From Pseudomonadota bacterium (GTDB taxonomy: Bacteria > Pseudomonadota > Alphaproteobacteria > Rickettsiales > SXRF01), in NCBI GenBank assembly GCA_038043465.1, contig JBBTBX010000011.1:42204-106203 (forward strand): a stretch of DNA of 64,000 nt, written 5' to 3'. The notes beneath the pieces were generated by a model that was given only the letters and a program-made list of their open reading frames with translations, did not search any database and was not told where the DNA came from. The stretch's first letter is position 1, and each line of letters begins with the position of its first letter. Of this stretch, positions 20,480 through 29,682 are shown in pieces. Position numbers and translations under genes: made by a program.

Positions 20480-22657
20480 CTATCTCAATTGAGAAGGTTG
20501 TGACTCCATCACGCCAGGCATTGGCATATAAATTGGCGGTTGCGGGTGTGAGTAATCAGGGGTTTTCATCACCGGAGCAGATTTTGCCAAACGCACCATA
20601 TTGATAAACTCAGCACGATAACCAAACTTGTCCTCACCTTTTGCGGCTTGTGCAAAGTTAATCACATCATCATAGCTATAGGATTTTATATAGGAATCAC
20701 CGCGCAGTATTTGAGCGAAAGCAGCAACCGAAGTTACAAATCTGGCATCAGTTGGCACTTCAGTAATTTGCTTATATTCAACTTTGCTATCAACAGGAGT
20801 GGTTATAAGTTTGCTGGTGTCGCTATCAGGCAGTTTATAACGGATTTTTACAAAAGCATATTCTCCACTTTTATCCTTCTTCTCAGCCTTTTCTTCTGAT
20901 TTTTGATAGCGCGAGTCATCTATAAGACGAGCTTTGCTGCCAACTGGAGTTACTTCATAAACCGCAGTTACGGCATGACCAGAGCCAATATCACCAGCGT
21001 CAATTTTATCATTATTAAAATCTTCGCGGTTTAAAAGACGGGTTTCATAGCCAATAAGTCGGTATTCAGCAACTGTATCAGGATTAAATTCCACCTGAAT
21101 TTTCACGTCTTTAGCGATGGTGAATAGAGTAGAACTAGCCTCTTCAACCAAAGCTTTACGCGCTTCACTTAGATTATCAATATATGCAGCATTGCCATTA
21201 CCATTTTGCGCCAGAGTCTGCATTAAAGCATCATTATAATTTCCTCTGCCAAAACCCAACACTGACAGAAAAACTCCGCTATCACGCTTGCGTTCAATAA
21301 AGTTTTTCAATTCTTCCTGATTGGTAATGCCAACATTGAAATCACCATCAGTAGCCAGTATCACGCGGTTGACACCGTTCTTGTCAAAATGTGATTCCGC
21401 AAGTTCATAGGCGGTTTTAATACCTTGCGCTCCAGCCGTTGAGCCACCTGCCCCCAAATTATCAAGAATATTGATAATTTTAGATTTATCACTGATTTTT
21501 GTTGGTTCCAGCGCAACTCCGGCACTACCTGCATAAGTAACAATCGCCACTGTGTCATCAGCTTTTAAACTATCCAGCAACAGCTTGAAGGAATTTTTTA
21601 ACAATGGCAGCTTGTTTGGATCGTTCATCGAGCCAGAGGTATCAATCAAAAACACCAGATTGGAATGTGGTTTTTCTTTTTGTTCAATCTGATAACCTTT
21701 TATTCCAATATGCATAAGTTTAGTGTCGGGATTCCAAGGAGTTGGGAATACTGAAACATTGGCCTTAAACGGCTCAGATTTATCTTTGGGTACTTCGTAA
21801 TCATAAGGAAAATAATTGACCATTTCCTCAATCCGCACCGCATCTTTCTGTGGCAGAACATTGTTATTCAGCGATGCGCGCATGAAAGAATAAGACGAAG
21901 TATCAACATCCACCGAAAAAGTTGAAATAGGCTCTTCTTTCACCAGCTTGGTTGGGTTTTCCTTACTATCCTGAAATTTATCCCGACCTTCATTCTGATA
22001 ATAATTCTGTCGCCAGTCATAATCAGGGTACGGAGCTATCATATTGCTGACAGGCATATCTGCCGAACCGGTAGCCACGCCTGGCGACATGGCATCAGCT
22101 CCATTTTCTGCAGGATAAAAAAATACCTTATTTTTTGCCATTTCCTGTTTAGGTGCAGGTTCATACGCCATTGCTTCTGCTGGTGGTGGAGGTTGCAACA
22201 TTGCTACTGGTGCAGACGGAGATTGCACCGCAGAACTCTCTGCAGTCCACACCGATTTTTTATCAGCTATTACTTTTTCACCTGCATATTTTTCCTTCGT
22301 AAAAATAGTATCCTTTGATACATCTCCTTTATAAGATTCCTCACTTGCTGGTTTCGGCAATAAATCGCGTGATAAATAAGTGCTATTCATAAGTGTAACT
22401 GCCAACAGGCTCACACAAACCCCACCAGCTAATATATATGCTTTTCTCATGTTAAATTCTCCTATCGTATTTATAAAAGCAGAGCGAACTGCATCTATAA
22501 GACGAACCATAGGAGATATTCCTTGGTGAGATTTTGCATGTTTTTTTTCAAATTCCGCCATAGCCTTGGAAATAGCGAGGTTTTTAGCCACTTCTGATGG
22601 CTCAGGTGGCTTGCTATTTTTCAGCAGATTTTCTATTTCATCCCAATTATCAGTCAT
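20480..22657 (-). CDS. Membrane-anchored von Willebrand factor A domain protein, probable anti-sigma partner
   Basis: 725 aa: a short cytoplasmic N-terminus, one TM helix, then a VWA domain with MIDAS DTSGSM and a long C-terminal region. It lies directly downstream of an ECF sigma gene. Confidence 0.75.
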   Translation of the reverse strand: MTDNWDEIENLLKNSKPPEPSEVAKNLAISKAMAEFEKKHAKSHQGISPMVRLIDAVRSAFINTIGEFNMRKAYILAGGVCVSLLAVTLMNSTYLSRDLLPKPASEESYKGDVSKDTIFTKEKYAGEKVIADKKSVWTAESSAVQSPSAPVAMLQPPPPAEAMAYEPAPKQEMAKNKVFFYPAENGADAMSPGVATGSADMPVSNMIAPYPDYDWRQNYYQNEGRDKFQDSKENPTKLVKEEPISTFSVDVDTSSYSFMRASLNNNVLPQKDAVRIEEMVNYFPYDYEVPKDKSEPFKANVSVFPTPWNPDTKLMHIGIKGYQIEQKEKPHSNLVFLIDTSGSMNDPNKLPLLKNSFKLLLDSLKADDTVAIVTYAGSAGVALEPTKISDKSKIINILDNLGAGGSTAGAQGIKTAYELAESHFDKNGVNRVILATDGDFNVGITNQEELKNFIERKRDSGVFLSVLGFGRGNYNDALMQTLAQNGNGNAAYIDNLSEARKALVEEASSTLFTIAKDVKIQVEFNPDTVAEYRLIGYETRLLNREDFNNDKIDAGDIGSGHAVTAVYEVTPVGSKARLIDDSRYQKSEEKAEKKDKSGEYAFVKIRYKLPDSDTSKLITTPVDSKVEYKQITEVPTDARFVTSVAAFAQILRGDSYIKSYSYDDVINFAQAAKGEDKFGYRAEFINMVRLAKSAPVMKTPDYSHPQPPIYMPMPGVMESQPSQLR

Positions 22658-22666
22658 TATATCCCT

Positions 22667-22726
22667 CCATACCGACGAAAGTCGGTATCAAGTTTTTCTA
22701 CTGGATCCCGTGTCAAGCACGGGAAT
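22667..22726. repeat. Double-hairpin element between the ECF sigma and VWA genes
   Basis: CAT-ACCGAC-GAAA-GTCGGT-ATC ... TGGAT-CCCGTG-TCAAG-CACGGG-AAT. The design resembles half-units of the larger palindromic elements. Confidence 0.6.
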
Positions 22727-22732
22727 TGTTTA

Positions 22733-23266
22733 TCAGTCATTGTAACTACCTATTGCATTTTTCAAATATTTACGAATTTCATGCATCCGCCAAGAAATCG
22801 TTGATTCGGCGCAACCTAATATTTTCCCTGCTTCAGCATGGCTTAGTTCTTCCGTAAGCACTAAAAGAGCGGTTTCCTTCAATGATTGCTCCAAATTTCC
22901 AATCGTTCGGTAAAGCCACAATAATTTTTTATCTGAATCGTTTTTATCGCTTTGTTCATTTTTTTCTAAATCTATATAGTTGCTTTCCAACTTACGGTGA
23001 TTACTACGTTTTTTCTGGTAATCATGGCAGGAATTAACCACCACCCGATAAAGCCATGTGGAAAAGCTGCTTTTACCGTTAAAACTCTGCAATTTGTGTA
23101 CTAACCCCACACATACCTCCTGTGCAATATCCTCTGCATCCTGCGCCTGCCCGGTAAATCGATAAGCAACGCGGTACATCATACGATAATGCTGATCCAA
23201 CAATTGACGAAAAGCGGCAGCATCGCCTTTTTTTGCCAATTCTATTATTGTTAGCTCATTATTCAT
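22733..23266 (-). CDS. ECF-type RNA polymerase sigma factor
   Basis: 177 aa with sigma-70 region 2 (FSTWLYRVVVNSCHDY) and region 4 (LSHAEAGKILGCAESTISWRMHEIRK). Confidence 0.85.
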   Translation of the reverse strand: MNNELTIIELAKKGDAAAFRQLLDQHYRMMYRVAYRFTGQAQDAEDIAQEVCVGLVHKLQSFNGKSSFSTWLYRVVVNSCHDYQKKRSNHRKLESNYIDLEKNEQSDKNDSDKKLLWLYRTIGNLEQSLKETALLVLTEELSHAEAGKILGCAESTISWRMHEIRKYLKNAIGSYND

Positions 23267-23291
23267 TACGACTCACTTATTAGACGAACAG

Positions 23292-23924
23292 CTAAGCAGG
23301 TTCCTTGGGTAAATCAGCAGTTTTATTTTTAGAAGTAATAATAATTACAACAGTATTTGCCATTTTATCATGCCAGCCCTGCTTGCGTTTATTAAAATAA
23401 ATCCAGATAATACCGAGGAAAAACACCACGCACGATGGTATATAACCAAGTGCCCTGATAATAATCTGCCGGTTGGTCATTGGCTTCTCTGTTTCAGCAT
23501 CAACAACTTTGAGCCGTAGCAACATCTTTCCAGGAGTTGCCGACCAGATTTTCCAGCAGATAGCCGAAGCCGCAATAAGTAAGACTATTTGCAAGGTTGA
23601 ACTTAGCAAAAACTCATAAAGCTTTCCAGATTCGATCAATAATTTCTTGAATTCTGTATACTTGGATTGTGGATCTGGATTGTTATGAATAGCTGAAAAT
23701 TCTGCCTCGGTAATTTCTCTGACTTGAACCGAGTATTTCAGTATCAACTCTATAATAGGAGAAATAGTAAACATGGCAATGAAAGTGTCAATTGTAGCTG
23801 CAAATGCCCTGCGGTTCAGGCTTGCATATTTCTTATACTTCTCATCAATCTTTCTTGGACGAATTCGCAAAAATTCCATCAAATCAAAAGGCTTTGCTGA
23901 ACTATCTTTTTCTCTCATAAACAC
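23292..23924 (-). CDS. RDD family membrane protein
   Basis: 210 aa with an RDD-like C-terminal half (PGKMLLRLKVVD...RALGYIPS...KQGWHDKMANTVV). Confidence 0.7.
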   Translation of the reverse strand: MFMREKDSSAKPFDLMEFLRIRPRKIDEKYKKYASLNRRAFAATIDTFIAMFTISPIIELILKYSVQVREITEAEFSAIHNNPDPQSKYTEFKKLLIESGKLYEFLLSSTLQIVLLIAASAICWKIWSATPGKMLLRLKVVDAETEKPMTNRQIIIRALGYIPSCVVFFLGIIWIYFNKRKQGWHDKMANTVVIIITSKNKTADLPKEPA

Positions 23925-24577
23925 AGCCTTTTTAAAGATGACACTTGCTGACGTGGCAAAGTAACAATATCAATCGGTTTTTTCATAAAATTCTTTAGTG
24001 TATTAACAGTTTCCGCAAGTGACACAGTGCTATTTTCTGATTCATTGACTATAACAGCGTGCAACTTGATATTACTAGCTATGAGTGTGTGTACAGCAGT
24101 TAAAGTATGACTTATTGAACCTAAATAACTACCAGTTACCAATATTATTTTCCAATCTTTTAATTCAGCCATCAAATCAAGCACTGTATATTTATCATTA
24201 AGTGGAACACAAACCCCGCCTACTCCTTCCACCAACAAAATATCAGCGTCAAATTCCTCATGTTTTTTGCAAAAATTCACCAGTTCTTCAAACGATATAT
24301 TTTCCCCTTCCTCCCCCGCTGCCATATTCGGCGAAAGTGGAGCGGTAAATCGCCACGGTGAAATCTTTGCGACATTTTCTTCAGTAACTTCCTTCCCTAG
24401 ACTTTGCAGAATAAGCGCGCTGTCACTTCGCCTATCACCAGAATCATAACCACTAATAACAGGCTTTAACGCCACCACTTTTTTCCCATCCGCTATTAAC
24501 TCGCGGCAAAGTGCAGTAGTCACAAAGGTTTTGCCAATTTCAGTTCCGGTCGCTGTTATAAAAAATTTATCCATCAC
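23915..24577 (-). CDS. bioD: Dethiobiotin synthase
   Basis: 220 aa with P-loop-like FITATGTEIGKT. Last gene of a bioF-H-C-D run. Confidence 0.85.
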   Translation of the reverse strand: MMDKFFITATGTEIGKTFVTTALCRELIADGKKVVALKPVISGYDSGDRRSDSALILQSLGKEVTEENVAKISPWRFTAPLSPNMAAGEEGENISFEELVNFCKKHEEFDADILLVEGVGGVCVPLNDKYTVLDLMAELKDWKIILVTGSYLGSISHTLTAVHTLIASNIKLHAVIVNESENSTVSLAETVNTLKNFMKKPIDIVTLPRQQVSSLKRLCL

Positions 24578-24586
24578 TAGATTTCC

Positions 24587-25348
24587 TTAATTAGATGGCT
24601 TACCAATAACCATGGTCAGCACATTCCATTTAAGCGGATACTTACCGTCTTTCAATTTATAAGCTTTTTCAAGTTTTTTTAATTGCGCCGGGGTCATAAG
24701 CCCTTTGCGCCTGCCTGTTAATTTATTGCTGGCACCGATATTCTTTACAGAGCGCATCAACGATAAAATATCATCGTAATATTCTATATATGTCTGTTCA
24801 TTACCCACCTCAAGCATCATCCCACCCATATGTGCCGTCTGTAATAACAAATATCCTGCTTCCACAAACTTGCTGATATGTGGTTTGGAATCAACAGCCT
24901 TAAATGCTTCTTCCAATTCGCTTAAAGTTCCATCTACAAAAATAGTGATAACTGCTGTTCCCTGCGGTTTAAGCACTCGTAATATTTCTTTTATAGTCAC
25001 TTCGGGTTTTTCCACCCATTGCAGGGCAAGTGATGAAAAAACAGCATCCACGCTATCATCTTTGATTGGGAGAAAACTAGCATCAGCATTTATTACAACG
25101 GTATTTTTGCCAGCAGCCACAGCGCACATGCCATAAGAAATATCGATCCCGATAACTTCCCAGTTCTTTTGTTCAATAGCAAATTCTGCAGTGCCGCAGC
25201 CTAAATCCAGAACCTTCGCTTTTCCAGGGAAATAATTAGTCGCGATCTTTGCAGCTTGTTTTCGTATGGTTTCCTGTAATTTTGCATTTTTATCATAATT
25301 AGCAGCAGCCTGATTAAAATTTACTTTAATTATTTTCTTATCAAACAT
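24587..25348 (-). CDS. bioC: Malonyl-ACP O-methyltransferase
   Basis: 253-aa SAM methyltransferase (VLDLGCGTA), located between the bioH-like gene and bioD. Confidence 0.8.
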   Translation of the reverse strand: MFDKKIIKVNFNQAAANYDKNAKLQETIRKQAAKIATNYFPGKAKVLDLGCGTAEFAIEQKNWEVIGIDISYGMCAVAAGKNTVVINADASFLPIKDDSVDAVFSSLALQWVEKPEVTIKEILRVLKPQGTAVITIFVDGTLSELEEAFKAVDSKPHISKFVEAGYLLLQTAHMGGMMLEVGNEQTYIEYYDDILSLMRSVKNIGASNKLTGRRKGLMTPAQLKKLEKAYKLKDGKYPLKWNVLTMVIGKPSN

Positions 25349-26024
25349 GCAGATATTCTTTTATATGGAGTTTGACTAATTCACTATCATGCCAGTGCGG
25401 GGCATGTCCAGCGTTAGGAAAGCTTATGCATTTCGCTTGCGGAATAGTCTTTATAAACTCTACACTCTGTGCGTGGTTCACAACCGCATCCTGCTCGCCG
25501 TGCAACAATAAACTTGCTGGAAAATTGGCAAAATCAAGCTCGTTACAGCTGAAACCATCCAACATATCAAGCCAATGCAGCCAATTTTTCTCCATAACAA
25601 CCGTATTATTATAATTCTCTAGCCTATTTTTGATATATTCAGAGCTTTTATCGCCGATAATAATCAATTCCCATGCTTTTTTTAGTGTTTTTGGTGCATT
25701 TTTGGCATAATTATCCCTGAATTTATCAAATTGATCGCGTGGCATTCCCATTTTTAAATTATCATTACGCACAAATTGAAATGGCACACCAATAAGAATC
25801 AGTTTTTTAGGTTGCATTAAACCAGTGGCAATAGCCCGAACTGCCAACTGACCACCAAGCGACCAGCCAATAATAGCATCATGCTTTTTCGCTTCCTCAG
25901 CAATGCCCGTCAGCGCAGCATCTATGGTTTCATAATCTGCATAATCAAAATGCGTGGCATTTGGGGCTATATCAGCGAGTGCGTCATGCGGTTGCCCCCA
26001 TCCGCTTAAAGTAAGTATTTTCAT
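25341..26024 (-). CDS. bioH: Pimeloyl-ACP methyl ester esterase-like alpha/beta hydrolase
   Basis: 227 aa with the GWSLGG nucleophile motif and C-terminal GHAPH. Its position between bioF and bioC supports the call. Confidence 0.7.
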   Translation of the reverse strand: MKILTLSGWGQPHDALADIAPNATHFDYADYETIDAALTGIAEEAKKHDAIIGWSLGGQLAVRAIATGLMQPKKLILIGVPFQFVRNDNLKMGMPRDQFDKFRDNYAKNAPKTLKKAWELIIIGDKSSEYIKNRLENYNNTVVMEKNWLHWLDMLDGFSCNELDFANFPASLLLHGEQDAVVNHAQSVEFIKTIPQAKCISFPNAGHAPHWHDSELVKLHIKEYLHV

Positions 26025-27175
26025 GATTTACTAGCCATTTCCGTAAAAATTGGCAGTTTTTTGAGTACATCACACAATTTTTCAATCTGTTCTTTTGTAT
26101 GCAGCGCAGAAAACGTAAAACGTAACCTTGCCGTATTTTCTGGGACAGTTGGCGGACGGATTGCGGATACTAAGAAACCATTTTCTGCAAGTGAGGCGGA
26201 AGTGGCTGCTGCCTTTTTATTTTCACCTAAAACCAGCGGTACAACGGCACTTTGCGCTTCCGGCAACCCAATAATCTGGGTAAATAATCTAGCATTTTCA
26301 AGTGGTTTGTGGCAGAGTTCTGGCTCCTCTTTCATAATTTTCAATGACTCTATTGATGCTGCCAGACTCGCTGGTGGAAGCCCCGTAGAAAAAACTAGGC
26401 TGCGTGCCGCATTCTTCAAATATTCCACCAGGGTTTTTGAACCACAGACATAACCACCATAACTCCCTGCTGCTTTAGAAAGAGTTCCCATTTTGATAAT
26501 CCCCTCTCCCGCTTGCGGGGGAGGGTTAGGGAGGGGGTAAAAGCCATGCGCCCCATCCGTCATTAACCATGCGTCAAATTCCTTAGCCAGTGCCGATAAT
26601 TCCGCAAGCGGAGCAATATCACCATCCATGCTGAACACTGTTTCAGTTACAATCAGGCAGTTCTGATATTCCACACGGTTAGCCTCAAGCAACATCCGCA
26701 AATGTGCAACATTATTATGAGCAAAGCGGAGCATAGTAGACCCAGATAATTTTCCACCGTCAATAATGCAGGCATGTGCTAATTTATCAGCAATAATCAG
26801 GTCATTTTTACCAACCAGCGCAGGAATAGCGCCTATATTTGCAAGGTATCCACTCCCGAAAACACAAGCTGCCTGCACATCATAATATTCCGCAAGCAAC
26901 TCTTCCAGTTCGCTGTAAAGTGGGCATTCACCAGTTACCAATCGTGAAGCCCCTGCCCCTGCCCCATATTTTTGTAACGCAGAGGAAGCAGCAGCAATTA
27001 CCCGCGGATGACCGGACAATCCCAAGTAATCATTGCAGCTAAAAGAAACAAATTCCTTCCCACCACGCGAAATATGCACTCCACCATGGCGAAAACTTGG
27101 CAAAACTACACGTTTTTGCTCTTTTGCTAACAATATTTGCAGTTTTTGTGTAAGTATTTCGTCTAATTCTGGCAT
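26021..27175 (-). CDS. bioF: 8-amino-7-oxononanoate synthase
   Basis: 384 aa with PLP-lysine motif GTLSKAAG. It contains an atypical GC-rich hairpin-derived segment (see findings). Confidence 0.85.
   Translation of the reverse strand: MPELDEILTQKLQILLAKEQKRVVLPSFRHGGVHISRGGKEFVSFSCNDYLGLSGHPRVIAAASSALQKYGAGAGASRLVTGECPLYSELEELLAEYYDVQAACVFGSGYLANIGAIPALVGKNDLIIADKLAHACIIDGGKLSGSTMLRFAHNNVAHLRMLLEANRVEYQNCLIVTETVFSMDGDIAPLAELSALAKEFDAWLMTDGAHGFYPLPNPPPQAGEGIIKMGTLSKAAGSYGGYVCGSKTLVEYLKNAARSLVFSTGLPPASLAASIESLKIMKEEPELCHKPLENARLFTQIIGLPEAQSAVVPLVLGENKKAAATSASLAENGFLVSAIRPPTVPENTARLRFTFSALHTKEQIEKLCDVLKKLPIFTEMASKS
26501..26537. repeat. GC-rich hairpin element embedded in the bioF coding sequence
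   Basis: CCCCTCTCCCGCTTGCGGGGGAGGGTTAGGGAGGGGG stands out in AT-rich DNA. It has imperfect 11-bp arms and is read as PLPNPPPQAGEG. Confidence 0.75.
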
Positions 27176-27281
27176 TTTTTTATATCCAACTGAATATTAT
27201 CGTCCGTATACAAGGTGATAGACAATAACTGCTAATTTTGCTAGCATAAACACATATATTTTGTGCTTAAAGGAATTTGTT

Positions 27282-27575
27282 ATGCATATCAACTTTTCCA
27301 GTGCTGATAAAAATTTTATAAAAACTGAGGTAAGCAGCGGAACTTATATTAGTGAGGAAGAGCTTATACGTGTTGCTGTACAACATATGAGGGAAGAAAA
27401 AGAGCAAAAACAACGTTTTTCTGAAGCCGTAGCTAAAGGCACACAAGCTATAATGCGTGGTGAAATAGTTTTGCTAACTTCTGATTTACTCAGAGAGATA
27501 AAATTAGAAGCAATCCATAAAGCCAAAAACGATAGCCCTTACAGCACTACAGATGCCATCCCCAAAACCACTTAA
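27282..27575 (+). CDS. parD: Type II antitoxin, ParD family
   Basis: MHINFSSADKNFIKTEVSSGTYISEEELIRVAVQHMRE is a ParD-like N-terminus. ATG 27282 follows AAGGAA. Confidence 0.7.
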   Translation: MHINFSSADKNFIKTEVSSGTYISEEELIRVAVQHMREEKEQKQRFSEAVAKGTQAIMRGEIVLLTSDLLREIKLEAIHKAKNDSPYSTTDAIPKTT

Positions 27576-27855
27576 ACTTATAATATCTTTGCCAGCCAAG
27601 GACGATTTAAGGGATATTGCTCAATACACCATTACCAACTACGGTGAGAAGCAAATGGATATTTATTTGCAAACACTATATGATGCTATGCTGTTGCTTA
27701 CAGAAAATCCTAACATTGGTCATAGCAGAGAGGATCTGTTAGAAAATTATCAAATACTCAATGTAGAAAATCATGTTTTAGTTTTTACTATTCAAGAAAG
27801 CAGTATAATAATTGTTAGAATCATTCACCAAAGCAGAGATATTTATAAATTATGA
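27553..27855 (+). CDS. parE: Type II toxin, ParE/RelE family
   Basis: 100 aa, ParE-like (AKDDLRDIAQYT...IIIVRIIHQSRD). Its stop overlaps the rapZ ATG (ATGA). Confidence 0.75.
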   Translation: MPSPKPLKLIISLPAKDDLRDIAQYTITNYGEKQMDIYLQTLYDAMLLLTENPNIGHSREDLLENYQILNVENHVLVFTIQESSIIIVRIIHQSRDIYKL

Positions 27856-28691
27856 AACTCGTACTTGTAACAGGAATGTCAGGTGCTGGAAAAAGTATTG
27901 CCCTGAAAACTCTGGAGGATTCCGGGTTCGAAGCAATCGACAATTTGCCTTTGGCGTTTCTTCCATCGGTAATAAATTCCGGCATTTCTTCTAAGAATTT
28001 AGCGATTGGCAGCGACATTCGCAGCCGTGATTTTTCCATCGAGAATTTTATAGATGTAATATCAGAATTTAAAAATAACCCTGACATTGATTTTAAAATT
28101 TTATTTCTGGACTCTGATGATGAAACCTTGCGTCGTCGTTTTACTGAAACCCGCCGCCGGCATCCACTCGCTCTTGATAGAACAGTTCTTGATGGCATTC
28201 ATCATGAACGCTCACTCATAAGCAAGTTAAAAGAAAAAGCGGATCTACTGATTGATACCAGCGAAACCGAGGTTGCCGATTTGCGCAATATAATAATAAG
28301 CCATTTCGCCCAGAATGAGCGCACTCTTTCCGTCGTTCTAACCTCGTTTTCCTTTAAACTGGGCATCCCCCGCGAGGCAGATATGCTATTTGATGTGCGG
28401 TTTCTAAGAAATCCGCATTATGATTCGGGTTTGCGCCAGCTTACAGGGCTTGATGCAGAAGTAGGTGAATATATAGAATCAGACATAGATTTTGCTGATT
28501 TCTTTAAAAATATGACAACATTAATATCGCAGCTACTCCCTCGCTATCTGGAAGAAGGCAAGAATTACCTGACCATTGCCATAGGCTGCACCGGCGGTCG
28601 CCATCGCTCAGTTTATACGGTTCAGAAACTAGGAAATTTTCTTGAGCAGGCTGGATATAATATAACCCTGCGTCATCGGGATTTGGAATGA
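27852..28691 (+). CDS. rapZ: RNase adapter protein RapZ (YhbJ family P-loop protein)
   Basis: 279 aa with N-terminus VLVTGMSGAGKSIALKTLEDSGFEAIDNLP and C-terminal GCTGGRHRSV. Confidence 0.9.
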   Translation: MKLVLVTGMSGAGKSIALKTLEDSGFEAIDNLPLAFLPSVINSGISSKNLAIGSDIRSRDFSIENFIDVISEFKNNPDIDFKILFLDSDDETLRRRFTETRRRHPLALDRTVLDGIHHERSLISKLKEKADLLIDTSETEVADLRNIIISHFAQNERTLSVVLTSFSFKLGIPREADMLFDVRFLRNPHYDSGLRQLTGLDAEVGEYIESDIDFADFFKNMTTLISQLLPRYLEEGKNYLTIAIGCTGGRHRSVYTVQKLGNFLEQAGYNITLRHRDLE

Positions 28692-28705
28692 CTATATTTA
28701 TATTA

Positions 28706-29680
28706 TCAAACCGAAGTTTGATTTTGCTCTTTTTTAGCACTAGCTGAAATATGTGGTGAGGAAAGAGTACCAAGAGATGAATACGCAGAATCGCTGTTTT
28801 GCAGAGAAGATGTTTGTCCTCTGGATTTATTCAATAATTCAGTTCCTATTTTGCGCAGTTCTATCAACGCTGGCATATTTTTTCCATCATTCAAATCAAT
28901 ATGTTTTGCGCCTGATTTATCAACCAATATATCAAATTTTATATCACTACCAACAATAGTGACCATCTGCTCTTTTCCGTCAGTACGAAGATATTTTCCA
29001 TGCTCATCAGCAACAGACACATGAGTAGCTTTTCCTGTTCCATCAACTTTGATATGCATTAAACTAGGTATCTTATCCAGAGGTTGTATCTTTTTATTGC
29101 CATCCGCATCAACATAAATATTACCACCATTAGAATCTATACGCACCTTATTATCCTTAGATTTTTTAGACTGTACATCTTGTTGTACGTCAGGTACAGG
29201 AACTGTCGGGGTAGTCGGCTGTATTTCCTTAGAAGGCCCTGTTGATTTCGATGGTTCGTCTTTGTTCTTGAACATCCCGCTGAACATACCTGTATCTTTA
29301 TCCATGATAAACGCTCCGCCTAACAAAGCACCAATCGCAATCAGCGACGGCCATATAGAACCGCCTTCCATTCCAAAAACGGCTAATAGAGCAACTAACC
29401 CGCCCATCAGCAAGCCTTTATTATCACCCAGCCAGCCACCAGTTTTATCATCCAGCGTTTTCCCTGCATCTTTTACTGTATCTATTGCTTTTCCCGCATA
29501 TTCCTTGCCTTTATCATAGGAATTGCCAGCCCATGATTTAGTTTTATCCCACCATGATTTATCGCCATTAATAAATGAGTCAGCCTTATCACGAGCCTCA
29601 TCAGCCAATTCCCCAACCTTTTTGGTTGTTTTCTCAGCCAACTCTTTTGTACTTTCTAACAATGTTTTGTCTTCTCCCAT
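28706..29680 (-). CDS. Hypothetical membrane protein with bilobed Gly-rich hydrophobic domain (paralog 1)
   Basis: 324 aa: a Lys/Asp-rich helical N-terminus, a hydrophobic segment GLLMGGLVALLAVFGMEGGSIWPSLIAIGALLGGAFIM, and a C-terminal domain homologous to the adjacent ORF (IYVDADGNKK vs IYVDKDGNNV). Confidence 0.6.
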   Translation of the reverse strand: MGEDKTLLESTKELAEKTTKKVGELADEARDKADSFINGDKSWWDKTKSWAGNSYDKGKEYAGKAIDTVKDAGKTLDDKTGGWLGDNKGLLMGGLVALLAVFGMEGGSIWPSLIAIGALLGGAFIMDKDTGMFSGMFKNKDEPSKSTGPSKEIQPTTPTVPVPDVQQDVQSKKSKDNKVRIDSNGGNIYVDADGNKKIQPLDKIPSLMHIKVDGTGKATHVSVADEHGKYLRTDGKEQMVTIVGSDIKFDILVDKSGAKHIDLNDGKNMPALIELRKIGTELLNKSRGQTSSLQNSDSAYSSLGTLSSPHISASAKKEQNQTSV

Positions 29681-29682
29681 AC

